Shown in pieces: positions 15,092-28,272 of a DNA stretch of 64,000 bases. The DNA is from Octopus vulgaris (taxonomy: Eukaryota). The stretch's first letter is position 1. Each line of letters opens with the position of its first letter. The notes under the pieces were generated by a model. That model had not been told where the DNA came from and ran no database searches. It saw only the letters and a program-made list of their open reading frames with translations. Where the stretch lies: assembly GCA_951406725.2 (NCBI GenBank), contig OX597821.1:32798001-32862000 (forward strand), in the 5' to 3' direction. The position numbers were made by a program, and so were the translations under genes.

Positions 15092-16243
15092 TACTCTTTT
15101 ACTCTTTTACTCTTTTACTTGTTTCAGCCATCCGGCCGAGGCCATGCTGGGGCACCGCCCTTGTTGCTACCCTCTCTAAGTCCAGTTTGCCGTGGCTGGC
15201 CACTGATCTAAGAGAGAGTTTGTAGCTGCTGCCCTTAGGTTACCTTCGTACCTTGCAGTGGGTTCATCTGGGATCCCGGAAAGCAGCTTGTCTAGATGTT
15301 TTTTGAAAATGTCCACATCCGCATCATGTAGATCTCTTAGTTTTCTTGGCAGTTTGTTGAAAAGCTGAGGGCCCCTGAACCCCAGGCTATTACAGTATCT
15401 GCTCCTTACCCTGGATGTGGAAGACGGGACCTTTGGCACCACACAGTGACGTCCTGTACGGGGATTGGAACAGCTCTCAATTCCAAAATTTGGTGCTAGT
15501 CCCTCCAGGATTTTCCATATGTATATCACTGCATATCTCTCTCGTCTTCGTTCCAAGGAGTACAAATTGAGTTCCCTAAGCCTCTCCCAATAGTTCTTTT
15601 CTTTCATGGTGGAAATCCTCTTGGTGAAATGTCTTTGGATTGTCTCAAGCTCTGTGGTTAGTTTGACACTATGCGGTGACCACAGTTGGGAGCAGTAGTC
15701 CAGGCGGCTTAGGACAAATGTCCTCCATAGTGTCAACATGGTCTCGCAGTCTCTTGTCCGGAATGTCCTCAGGATCCAGCCAGTGAGTCGTCTGCACATT
15801 GTCGCCACCTTCGCGATGTGTGAAGAAAAAGATGCATCGTCACTCATGTCTATCCCCAGGTCCCGTATTGATTTCGATACTGGGATTTCGATCCCTCCTG
15901 GACCAGTATAGTTGTGTTGTAATGTATATGTGTTTACAGCTTGATATTGTAAGGCTTGAAATTTACCAGCATTAAATTGCATGTTGTTGTCTTCAGCCCA
16001 TTTGTATATGGCATCCAGATCTTGTTGTAAAAGGTCAGCATCAGCTGGGTTTTTGATTGCCTGTGCTACCTTTGTGTCATCAGCATAGCTAGTGAGGGAT
16101 GTTGTTTGTGCTACCAAGGGCATGTCAGAGAGCGCCACCAAAAACAGCAAGGGTCCCAAGACTGTGCCCTGTGGCACCCCGCTTGCTATTGGTGTCTTTC
16201 CCGAGAGGGCTCCATTGGCTGCAACCATCTGGCTTCTGTCCTT

Positions 16244-16246
<3 letters not shown>
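15092..16246 (-). mobile_element. 5'-truncated CR1-group LINE with an uninterrupted 350-aa RT C-terminal ORF
   Basis: ORF 15176-16228 has SGVPQGTVLGPLLF, YADDTK, IRDLGI, SRLDYCSQLWSP and LETIQRHFTK. The 3' tail is (TAAAAGAG)3 and the copy sits in TA repeats. Confidence 0.95.
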
Positions 16247-16309
<63 letters not shown>

Positions 16310-16437
16310 TAATTGAATGAATTATCTTATTATGGATAATTCGGTTAACCGATACCTGGGTAGCAAATTCACGTCAGAAAAACACGGTTGAAGCTACATG
16401 CTTTCGTGTGGAAATGTGTGTGTTTTTTTAAATACAA

Positions 16438-16544
16438 ATAAATGAAAGAATGGAGTTGAACGACGAATTAGGAATATGCAGCCTTCGAAACATATGTCGA
16501 GAATAAAGGAATTTTGTTAATTCGTCGTTCAACTCCATTCTTTC

Positions 16545-16550
<6 letters not shown>
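16438..16550. repeat. Perfect 33-bp inverted repeat enclosing the 3' half of a hammerhead motif
   Basis: ataaatgaaagaatggagttgaacgacgaatta / taattcgtcgttcaactccattctttcatttat; the loop contains cGAAAcatatGTC. Confidence 0.8.
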
Positions 16551-16588
<38 letters not shown>

Positions 16589-16645
16589 GCACGCACACAC
16601 ATACATACATACATACATACATACATACATACATACATACATACA

Positions 16646-16679
<34 letters not shown>

Positions 16680-16689
16680 CATACATCTA

Positions 16690-16900
16690 TGTGTGTCTTT
16701 ACGTTTGTGTTCCTTTCGCAACAAGGCTTGACAACCGGTGTTGGTGTGTTTACGTCCCTGCAACTTTGCGGTTCGACAAAAGAGATCAATAGAATAAGTA
16801 CCAGGCTTGAAAAAGCATAAGTTCTGCGTGTGATTCATTCGACTAAAAATTCTTCAAGTCGATGCCCCAGCATGGCCGCGGTCAAGTAACTGAAAGAAAA
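16690..16900 (+). mobile_element. SINE family A, 3' half
   Basis: cttgacaaccggtgttggtgtgtttacgtcc...ccagcatggccgcggtcaagtaactgaaa. Confidence 0.8.
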
Positions 16901-17231
16901 GATAACGGATAAGAGAAACCACACAGCACCATAGTGTACACAATTCACCGTTTCGCATTGAAACATCTAGCATCAATCATAGATCTCGTACGAAACATAT
17001 AGCACATCCAACAACCGAACTCAATTCACATAACATAGTCACTACACAGCAGATAAAATACAAGATAGAACCAGACACAACAAACAAATACGACAATAAA
17101 GCGAAACTGATGTAGTTTACAAACAAAATTTTTACATTCCCGAAAGACAATGGCAGTAGACTCCACAGGGATACGAGAATACCTGGTTTGGTGATGAGGT
17201 AGAAACTCTTATAGAATGTTGAAAATAAGAT

Positions 17232-17294
<63 letters not shown>

Positions 17295-17472
17295 CTGATG
17301 ATGTTGATGGTTGAGATAAATAAGTGAAACAAAAACCAAAATAAGCTACGTGATAACATTTAATAAAGAAAACAAACCCAACCATACGTACGTACGTACA
17401 TACATACATACATACATACTTACATACATACATACATACATACATAAATACATACATACATACATACATACA

Positions 17473-17506
<34 letters not shown>

Positions 17507-17869
17507 GACACACATATTCATATGCAGACATACGCACAAAAATAGATATACAATCACACACATACACAGACACACTAAGATACTCATAATTCACAGACGC
17601 ACATGTGAAAACGGTTTTTAAATGTAAATTAAATCAATAAGATAAACAATAAAACAATAAACAAGCAATAAAGAAAACAACAGAAAAATAGATTTAAGAT
17701 GGAAATTTGTAGTAACAAAAATATAATTTATAAAATTATTTTATTTTCGAAATCAATAACTTCCAAGTGAAAGACAGTTGTACTGTGACGCACTTGCGTA
17801 AACATAAAGAATTGCATACACGCATATTCCTCACTACACACGCATACAGATATGTGCATATATACATAC

Positions 17870-17932
<63 letters not shown>

Positions 17933-17933
17933 C

Positions 17934-17964
<31 letters not shown>

Positions 17965-18040
17965 TAAACATGTATATATATATATATATATGTATATGTA
18001 TGTATAAATATGTATATATATATATATGTATATGTACGTG

Positions 18041-18085
<45 letters not shown>

Positions 18086-18629
18086 ATATATATATGTGTA
18101 TGCATGTTTGTATGTGTATGTATGTATGTATGTACGTATGTATTTTATATATAGACCAAATCATGCATTCAATAATGTACACGAAAATACGCATAGATAG
18201 GTTTTTGTTTTATGAGAAGTACGCAGGCGCATACACAACGTCACATACGCGCGTGCACACAAACACAAACACATACACACGTTAACACACGTGAATTCCA
18301 ACACAATCAGACATTTTCTAACTCTTATAAATAGAATGCACTGATATAAACCATATATTCACATGAGAAACTGGTTGATTTAAGAGAACAAGCAGCCCAT
18401 TTTTTCGATTATAGAAACTGCTTACCTATTGAATTACTTCTCCAGTATTCTAAATACAGCAGTATTTTTTTTAACGTGAACACCGGGCAGAATCATTTTA
18501 ACACAATATGATACAAGGTTAGTTATTAATATCACAGATATACAGTTCTATATTTAAGAGATGAGGAATTATGTACATTATTTACATTATTTAGATTCGA
18601 CGGATATTTGTCCTCATCTTATTTGTTGT

Positions 18630-18676
18630 TAACTCAACGTTTCGGCTGATATACCCTCCAGCCTTCATCAAGTGTC
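18630..18676 (-). ncRNA. Degenerate minimal type I hammerhead ribozyme motif in the Penelope terminus
   Basis: Minus strand gacac TTGATGA a ggctg-gagggtatat-cagcc GAAAcgtt: stem II is perfect, stem III is the palindrome acgt, C3 is changed to U and stem I is imperfect. Confidence 0.65.
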
Positions 18677-18761
18677 TTGGGGAAATTTCTAAGGCATTTT
18701 TCGATATTATTATTATTATTATTATAATTATTATTATTATTATTATTATTATTGTTGTTCA

Positions 18762-18834
18762 GGTCACTGCTTGGAATCGAACTCGGAATCTTGGGGTTAG
18801 TAGCCCGCGCTCTTAACCACTACGCCATATGCCC
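18762..18834 (-). promoter_or_regulatory. tRNA-derived Pol III promoter module inside the Penelope 3' region
   Basis: Minus strand gggcatatggcgtagtggttaagagcgcgggctactaaccccaagattccgagttcgattccaagcagtgacc: A box TGGCGTAGTGG, B box GTTCGATTCC. The acceptor stem does not pair, so it is not a functional tRNA. Confidence 0.75.
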
Positions 18835-19779
18835 GTGGAGTGAATTTTAGGACTTATACATCTAATATTTTTCTATCCTTCCATAATACTTGTTCCCATA
18901 TGCTGCTCATATCTGCACGCAGTCTTATTAGGAGGTTGATGTGTCCTAGCATACATGCTGCTTCTTTTAGTTTTCGTATTTTCCAGTGGTGTTCTCTGTC
19001 TATTATCTTAACTTCATCCCACAGGAGGGAGGTGGTCTCCATTTTTCCATACATGTTCTATACCCGATTTATCAATATCTCCTCGTGTCACAGCTTTGCG
19101 ATGTTCGTCCACCCTTATTTTGAGGGGGCGGCATGTTTCGCCTTTGTATAACCTACCACAGCTGCATGGGATGGAGTACACGCAGTCTTTGGTCATATTC
19201 TCTTATATTAGTGGTTTTACTCGAAGGAGATATTTGCGAAGTGTTGTATTACTCTTGAATACTGTCTTGATGTCATATGAGTCGCATATTTTTTTGTATC
19301 TTTTCGGAGAGGCCTTTCACGTAGGAAAGAGAGACTGTGGACAGTTTATTAGCCTGATCCTCTCTCTTCTGCATAATTGGAGTGGATAGTATACTTTTGG
19401 GGTAGTTGTTGCTTAACAGATAGTTGTTGAGCTTGATCATTTCTTCGTGGTGTGTATTACGATCGCTACTTATATTCTTTGCACGATGTTTTAGGCACTG
19501 AGCAATCCCTCTCTTTACACTGTATGGATGGTGGGAAATGAAGTTGAGGTCTCATCCAGTAAAGGTCGGCTTGCGGTATACGGATGTCCTGAATCCATAC
19601 TTGGTGCGTGTTATCAATACGTCCAAGATATGGTTAAATCTAGATGTTAAAGAATCGTTTCTGTTTACCTCGCGTATTTTCACCAAAGACAGAAGCTACG
19701 TTTCGATTATAGAAACTGCTTACTTATTGAATTACGTGCAACGTCCTGTAATTGAAACCGTATCTGAATCACTTTAGAT

Positions 19780-20112
19780 TAGGGGTTCTCAACCAATTGT
19801 TACCTATAGACTCTTTTATTACTATTTTATTCTGGTGGAACTCCATAACCATTCAATGTTTAAAATGTAGTTTTATAGAAACCTCTTTCGAGATTCTTAT
19901 TCTGATTTCCACACATTTACTTGTGTAGGTTTAATATGTAAAACATTAGAGAAAGGAAAGCGAGCTGTTTCTTGCAATACATACCAATACAAACATCTAA
20001 AGCAACATTTTTCAGGGTCCCTCAAAGTACCATTGTGGATTCTCAATTTACTATTTTGTTGCGTGAACCCAAAAAAATCTTATATGGGCGCTTAGAAGGC
20101 ACCAGGTTGAGT
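19780..20112 (+). mobile_element. hAT/Charlie-like MITE
   Basis: Ends aggggttctcaacc ... ggttgag. The interior matches the reverse complement of 24888-25212. Confidence 0.7.
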
Positions 20113-20975
20113 TACAAGGTGGTATCAAAAAAAAAGTAACTAATTTACTTAAGTTTTACATCATCTCCTGTGAAATAGGCACCTTGCGCAACAATACACT
20201 AGTGTCTGACACTTTTAGAATCCGGCCTGGAAGTTGTTATTTGTAAACGAATCGAGGACCTTCTTCAATTCACCCTAGATCTCGACAGCGGGGTTAAAAC
20301 GGCGACCTGAGTTGCATTTTCACCTTGGGGAAGAGAGGGAAGTCTGCAGGTGATAAATCTGGCGAATAGGTCGGCTGCGGATACAATATCGCGTTGTTTT
20401 GGGCAAGAAACCCACGAGTGGGGAGATCTAGGTGACAGGGTACGTTGTCGTCGAGAAGAATCCAGACGCTAGACCCACACGACAAACCGTCAACAGCAGC
20501 AATGTCGTTGATCTTCATGCACAAGCTGATGAATTGCTTCGACGATCCTGATGAATTAACTCTACATTTCCAGGGATAACGCTCGTGGCTTGTCTTCCAG
20601 ATCGCTCATCGCTTTCCAGAGAAGTTCATCCGCGTTTTGAAGCGCCCATGCTAATCGAAATATTGGGTACGAGCCATTGCCTCGTCACCGTAAGCTTGCC
20701 GAAGCATGTTCGGTGTCTCTGTAACAGACTTCCCAAGTTCCCAAGCAAAATTTCACGGTAGCCCTTTGTTTCAACTTCCTGTCCATGACAAAAATCGCAG
20801 ACTACAGCATACACGTGATCACGAAACACAAATTTCACAACTTGCGAAGTAAACACAACGATGTCACTCGGCACACTTCCTCATGACGGTCGCTGCTAGC
20901 TCTCACTGCTCACTCAACAGTGTACTTCCATTTGTTGGAGCGCTACAAAGGTAGACCGGGAACTTTTTGATCGAC
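20113..20975 (-). mobile_element. Degenerate mariner transposon remnant
   Basis: Minus strand LLDDNVPCH and PTYSPDLSPADFPLFPKVKMQL (mariner YSPDL motif). Decayed TIR-like ends near 20115 and 20960. Confidence 0.8.
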
Positions 20976-21830
20976 TAAAACAGTAAAACCTTTAATTGTG
21001 AAACTCCAGCAAAATTGTAATTCAATGAGTAAAACCAAGAATAGAAGAATACACAAGCGAAGACATATACAGTCTTTCGTGCACAAGTATAGAAAGACGG
21101 CTTGTATACAAAACACGTATCCGCGCACACATAAGCAAACTCTAGACATACATAAATAGATATGTAAGAAATTGCCATACATAAATGCTATTACATATAC
21201 AAATATATATACAATTGCAAATATATTTTCATACATACAAATAATTATACACGCACATAAATGCATTAACAATACATATACACGTAATAAACAGTTAAGT
21301 GCCATTCTTTAAAGAGAACGATCTCTTTTGACACTAGTCTCAACTATACCATCAACACCACCACCAGCACTCCCATTATAAACTTATTTCCCCCTCACTG
21401 TCTCACGACAGAAATAGCCATTAGGATTTACAGAATAGCGTGTCTGGAAAGTATGGAAGACTAGTTGTGTAATAAGCTTTGCACTCAAGTAATTCTGAGA
21501 GCTTGAAAATAAAAACACAGCGATTCAATGTCTCAACAGTCTACATTTATAAATTTGAGAATCTGTCTCAGTATGTATCCGTAATTATATTAGCAGTCAA
21601 GAGTTGGATGAAATTCAAAGGGGATGAAACGAGAGATTCAACTTACAAAAAAGATGATCGTTGTTTGACATTATAACACTGTCAATAACAATTTTTGTTA
21701 CCGGTCACAAGATGCTGGAAATATTATAACGGGATAGCGCCTAACATGATGAAATATTAAGTCGACTTTTACAGGATTTGAATCGCCTGAATTGAAAACA
21801 AAAAATGTTACTAAATTTATGATAGTTTTT

Positions 21831-22059
21831 TCTCTTTTATTTTTTCTCTTTTACTTGTTTCAGTCATTTGACTGCGGCCATGCTGGAGCACCGCCTTTAG
21901 TCGAGCAAATCAACCCCGGGACTTATTCTTTGTAAGCCCAGTACGTATTCTATCGGTCTCTTTTGCCGAACCGCTAAGTGACGGGGACGTAAACACAACA
22001 GCATCGGTTGTCAAGCAATGCTAGGGGAACAAACACAGACGCGCAAACACATACACACC

Positions 22060-22100
<41 letters not shown>

Positions 22101-22262
22101 GACAGGCTTCTTTCAGTTTCCGTCTACCAAATCCACTCACAAGGCATTGGTCGGCCCGGGGCTATAGTAGAAGACACTTGCCCAAGATGCCAGGCAGTGG
22201 GACTGAACCCGGAACCATGTGGTTGGTTAGCAAGCTACTTACCACACAGCCACTCCTGCGCC
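21831..22262 (-). mobile_element. SINE family A, full length
   Basis: Reverse complement ggcgcaggagtggctgtgtggtaag...ggttcagtccc...cttgggcaagt...(TA)n...ggcggtgctccagcatggccgcagtcaaatgactgaaacaagtaaaagag. Confidence 0.92.
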
Positions 22263-22974
22263 TATTGTTTGATATTTTGTTCCGTACTCTACAAATTCTG
22301 CATTCCGTCATCCTCTAGATTTTAGTAGAAAAAATCACAAGGAAAAAGGAAAACAATAGTGACATTATAAAGCATTAAGAACAACAATAGCAACAGGAAC
22401 TAGAGTAGAATCTGTAAAGAAATGGGGGGGGGATTAAATATTTATCGAAAAAAATTAACATGAACCACAAAATTATAGGGAATGAAAAATGGATATTAAC
22501 CCAAGAAACAGCAACAACAGCGGTAATAGCAACAATATGAAGCAACAATATCAATGGCAGGTGTATCTGCAACAATCCCATCACAACTCCAATAGCAACA
22601 TTAGGCCATAACAATATTATCATAACAATGAAGGAGAAAGAAAAAATTGCCAATAATCGTTCTAAAATATTTGTATCTGTAAAAATACTGCAAAATGTAA
22701 TAACAATTATTAGTATCAATAACGATAACAACGGCTGCAACAGTAAACAATAACAACACTGATGACAAATAATGAGCTTTTGTTTCTTTTATATCAACAT
22801 TTTCCATGATAAACGTATATCGTGTGTAATATTCATCCCAATTTGAAGCATTAAGGAGATATCGTCTTTGCAATCTGAAATACACGAGTACACACGCATA
22901 TATATGTATACATGCATGTATATGTAAATGTATATCTACATATATACATACATACACAGACACATACACACACG

Positions 22975-23024
<50 letters not shown>

Positions 23025-23253
23025 GTGTTTGTGCACATAATTATATATATATGTATCTATATATGTATGTATCTATATGTATATAAATGCTTGTGCGTGT
23101 GTGTATAGATATATGTATATATGTGTGTGTGTGTATATATGTATATATATATATATATATATACATATACATATGAAATAGACGTACACACACACAGAGA
23201 CATATATATATATATATACATGTGTGTGTGTGTGAGCGTATGTGTGTGTGTGT

Positions 23254-23311
<58 letters not shown>

Positions 23312-23489
23312 AGAAAAATGAAGCAAATATACCTCGGAAGAGAATATTAAAAAAATTTATATGCTTTCGATCACGTGAAGAGGTAAGATAATAAAAGGTA
23401 ATGAAAAACTTCAAAATCAAAATTGAAGAAATAATGAAATATATACAAAAAATATTCTGAATCTAAAGTAAAAATAGAAGCATTCAAAT

Positions 23490-23821
<332 letters not shown>

Positions 23822-24887
23822 ATTCTGCAGCTGCTGCTGCTATTATCACTACTGCTACTGCAAGAAATCAATAGTAAAAACATTAAAATCAAAATGACAA
23901 CTCTGAAATGCAAAACAAAAATGAAAGTAAAACTAAAAACAAAGTTTAAAAAACAACACACAATCTACCCGTTAATAAGTATGGAAATCAAAATGTCATG
24001 GCCATTAGTTCTTGAACCCAGAACGAACGTTGATACTAACATCCAGAAGGTTCATAAAAAAATGTTCATTGAATTCATCTTCATTTCCAAGATTTCAAAA
24101 CTGTGAAGCGGTTATTTGTTGTTTTCGATATTGTACGTTTTTTTTTTCCTTCATCTTCTAATCATTATTATTGATGCTGTTGTTGTTCTTGGTAATTTAT
24201 TGTTATCATTTATGTCATCATCATCATCATCGTCGTCGTTGTTGCTGTTGTTATCCTTACTTCTTTTTCTTCTTACTTGCAGAAAATGCCTCTGCAAAAC
24301 GTGCTTTCTACCATTTTGTCTTTCATTCAGTATGATGATTTTTTTTTTCTTTTTAATAATTTGGTATCTTTAGAATTGGTCCTCTGTTTTCAATGATAGA
24401 ATATCTGCATCTCGTATGAGGATTCCAGTATGAAAAAAATACCCTCATGTCAGATTTGTCAGTGGTGTTATGTATTTTGTAATTATATAACTATCTAATT
24501 TTTACAAAAATATTCTCTTGTATCCAAATTCTAAGAGCAATACGATACATTGATTATATCACATTCGTTATATTATCTAATATGGCATCTTACGCAGGAA
24601 TCAAGCCAGAAATGTGAAATGGAAGAGAACGAGCTGTTACGTATTTTCAGCACAATGAAAATGTAAGTAAAATCGACTTCTTAAGCGGGATAAAAGTTGT
24701 GAATGCAGGTACAGAAGGATAAACCTAAATATTACAAAATTTGGAATTCAGTATAGAAATGTTTGTAGAATGCCGAGAATATTGTGTCGCCTTAAGAATA
24801 CTAAGTCTTAGGTTTCTGGTTCTTACTCTTCTAAAAAAACGAATGTAATGTTGACCTCGCTAGAAATGCAGTGAATGGATGATATAG

Positions 24888-25212
24888 AGCAATAGTTCTC
24901 AACCGGAGTCAGTAGGACCCCTGTGAGTCCATATAAGATTTTGCTGTGTGAGGAGGAGATCCATGCATATTAAGGGTCTATGAAAAAGATTTCCTTTAGA
25001 CATATTTATTGCCAGAAACAGCTAGATTTCTTTATCTAACATTTTACACAGATCAACCTACACATGCTAATGTGTGTAAAGCGAAATAGGAATTTTGAAA
25101 GAAGTATCTATAAAGCTAAGTTTTAAACATCGATTGGCTATAGGACTCCACTAGAGTGAGGGAGTAATGAAAGGGGTCTATAGGTGAAAAAAAAATATGA
25201 TTGGAAATCACT
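24888..25212 (-). mobile_element. hAT/Charlie-like MITE, second copy
   Basis: Starts caatagttctcaacc; the interior is the reverse complement of 19830-19980. Confidence 0.7.
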
Positions 25213-25887
25213 AATATAGAGGATTAGGTGGGGAGAAGGGGAGGAGAATCAAAGAAAGGTTTTGTGAACGGATCAAAACATGACGAATGAGAGGAAGAAA
25301 TGGGTGAATGAGGGACAATAATTAAGAAGAATAATTGAATGCTGATCAGAATATTCGGAAATATGGAATCTCGCATAAGTAGAAAAGTGGCAAGTTTAAC
25401 ACAATGGAATTACATTATCCAACTGACGTTCCTAACTGTATAAACAATTACATATACAGACATACAATATCAAATACATACATATCCGCACACTTATTCC
25501 GAAACGCAGATAGAGAGCCGTACCTGACCAGGCATAAAATAAAACCTATCTATTATTGTCCCGTGCGCTAATACGTTTTCTTACATTGGCACGGTGATAA
25601 GAAAAAATTACTCGGCAGAAATTTCTCTAAAAACATAAATTAACGAAAGTAAATACCAATAAACATTTCACATGCAATATATCACTTTTTTCCTCTCCAT
25701 CGCCTTCTAAGGTCAAGTGTTTAGATCTAATTATATTTGCTAACGTCCAGTTAGATTTAGGTATTAGTACATTTCGGTCGATATTTCTTCATAATTTTGA
25801 TGTTCACTTTGATATTTCTTCATAATTTTGATGTTCACATAAACTTGTCATTTATGAATTATAGTTTTATTTTTTACAATGCAACAG

Positions 25888-26319
25888 AGAGATTTATACA
25901 TATCAGTACTGGTAATGTAGAACAATTGGAACCAGAGTCTCTGTCTTCGTTGGCACAACCGTAATTGTAAAAATATACTACAAAATGAATTTAGAAAATG
26001 GACAAACAAATCCATAGATTCAGATTTTTATAAAATCTATGTTCAATGTTCAAATCTCACCCAGCCTCTCATATTTCCGAAATTGATAAAATACGAATTG
26101 GGGTTGGTATAAGCTATTATAACCTGTAGCCCAGAATGGCCACAGTCTTATGACCGAATCAAGCCTCGAAAAAGAATAAAGCAATACTGTAATGACTGTT
26201 ACTGGTTACAGTTATATATGAGTAATGTCTTGTGGAGATGGCATATATTCAATATTTAGTATTTCGTATATTACGAAAAGAGTCAGTATATGCGAATGGG
26301 AAAATAGCTTGTATTTCAG
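25888..26319 (+). pseudogene. C-type lectin-like pseudo-exon interrupted by a SINE remnant
   Basis: NDCYWLQLYMSNVLWRWHIFN then, after a frameshift, TKRVSICE, resembling the CLECT end (DC....W.W....C....ICE). A SINE-like insert lies at about 26040-26180. Confidence 0.4.
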
Positions 26320-27545
26320 GTGGAATTTGTTTGCTGATAAGCATATGTATAATTAGTGCAGTTTGTAATGAAACTAGATCAATGAATTTTTAAGATCTTT
26401 AACAAAGGGAAAATTGGATATGTGCGAGCGATGAAAAGAGAGACAGGACATTATACTTGAGGCAATTTTGTTAATTAAGTACTCTGTTAGATATAGTTTA
26501 ACAGCATATTCATATATCGAATTTTGTTTTGTACAAGAAGTTTTCAGTGATATTGGAGAAATACTAAAACGTAGAGAACGTTATGCATAAATTATGAGAA
26601 TACTACTTTTCAAAGAGATTTCGTATACGCTTCGGGTGCACATTGGAAAAGATCTAATAGCTAAGATAACGTATTATAGAAATTTTGTTGTTAGAATGAT
26701 GATCGATTTCGTGGGTGATGAGTGGTTTTGGTACCTATTTTTGATAAATGTAGAAATATATTTGTTATTTTGGTTGCAGGGGTAAATATTCTACCCAACG
26801 AAATATATTATATAATCAATACTCACCTACTGATGAGTGCATTTAACCAAGTAAGAGATTAGCTGAATAAAGGCCATGCATATTTGTTCGAACTTCTACT
26901 CAACTTACAACATACAGACATACAAAATTATAAACATACAAACACATATATATATAACAGAAAAGACACTGCTACTTTCAAAAATTACTAGTTGACGTCA
27001 AAGCTGCGATGAAAGAGTCATATTCCCAAATTAAAAACTGTCTCTTTCTCAATAGAGGGAAACCGCAATAATAAAACAAATGATAAATATATAAATACAC
27101 ATAGACATACGCATTGCATCCAAGAGTCTACTGAATAAAAGGTGATAGTAACAAACAAAATTCAGAACACGGATTATAAAGCAAACAGTTGTACTGAACA
27201 ACATCTAGCAAACAAAACTGTGATTTGATGTTAAACGTGTGATGGAATGGATTTTGTAACAATCTGACTATATTACAAGAAAGTATGTTATTATATTCAC
27301 CTCTATAGGATTCTTCTGTGAAATTAATTGAATAAACTGTAACCACTCCTAAGCAGCTATAGGTCATCTTGCTACTAACTACTAAGTAGTAGCCAAAACA
27401 ACAATACTTAATTTAGGATACGCACTTGAAACGGTCTTGGAATAACAAATCAGTGAGTATACAATTTATGATATGTATATAAATGTAGAACGGCTGTAGC
27501 TGCTTGGGAGAAGGAGCTCTCAAACCTCACACATTAAAAACACAG

Positions 27546-27633
27546 GACTATGCACCGTACGCTGGTGCATCACCATACAGGATCCTTCCATTTTATTTGG
27601 CCTCCTCAGAGACGATACTCCAGACGTTCTGAG
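27546..27633 (+). pseudogene. C-type lectin N-terminal-like pseudo-exon
   Basis: cag|GLCTVRW (frameshift) HHHTGSFHFIW...|gtaag resembles C..GW....GSCYF. Confidence 0.3.
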
Positions 27634-28272
27634 GTAAGCTGAAAATGCATGTTTAATTCTGAAGAGAGCAGTTCTGAAAATCGAAGTATAAATAATTATG
27701 TGGTGGGGTTGATAGGTTTTGATATGTCAGAATCTAACGGAATGATTCAGTCTAAACACGGCATAGCAAATTTCACGATTAGCATGGAGATAAGAAATCG
27801 TGCACCGAAGTAAAAATTCTTGTCCGGCAGATATTAAAGAAAGCCTACATGGCCAACTCGCGAAAACCTGTCAGATAATAATTTGTACTTGTGATTAATG
27901 AAACACATCTGCCGGACATCAATGGAGTAAAAACGCATTCACTAGAATTATATTTCCTACTGTCAAAGACTTTTGAGAAAACTTGCTTGAGGGCAAAGTC
28001 TTCTCCATTTTCATTTTCGTATCACAATGATACTTGAAAAACTTGATGCGCTTTTGCCCTAAAAGGAAAGTGTCAGTCGGCATTACTTTGAATCCCGTCA
28101 ACCACACAACCACTTGCGTTTTAGCTATGAGATGGAGTAAAATTGTCTACATTCTTAAACCCCCAAAACATATCCGCAGAATCCACAATCGACTCGGCGA
28201 ATAGTTGCGAAATCATATAGCATTGACATTATTCTTATTATTGTTATTATTATCATCATTAATAATATTGTT

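Larger units (their letters stand above)
18541..19625 (-). mobile_element. Penelope-like element: RT thumb region, GIY-YIG endonuclease and 3' terminal region
   Basis: Minus-strand FRTSVYRKPTFTG..LNFISHHPYSVKRGIAQCL, CVYSIPCSCGRLYKGETCRPLKIRVDEH (GIY-YIG) and IIDREHHWKIRKLKEA, with frameshifts and stops. Confidence 0.92.

Noticed and set aside
18762-18834. Possible tRNA gene (also the SINE heads at 35187 and 53900)
   Set aside because: A and B boxes are present, but the acceptor stems do not pair and the sequences continue into repeat bodies.
25780-25838. 28-bp tandem duplication gatatttcttcataattttgatgttcac
   Set aside because: Two copies only; an ordinary slippage duplication.
27128-27367. 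Minus-strand ORF with kringle- or EGF-like words (SYRGEY, NPCSEFCLL)
   Set aside because: Cysteine spacing fits neither domain, and neighbouring signals are on the + strand.
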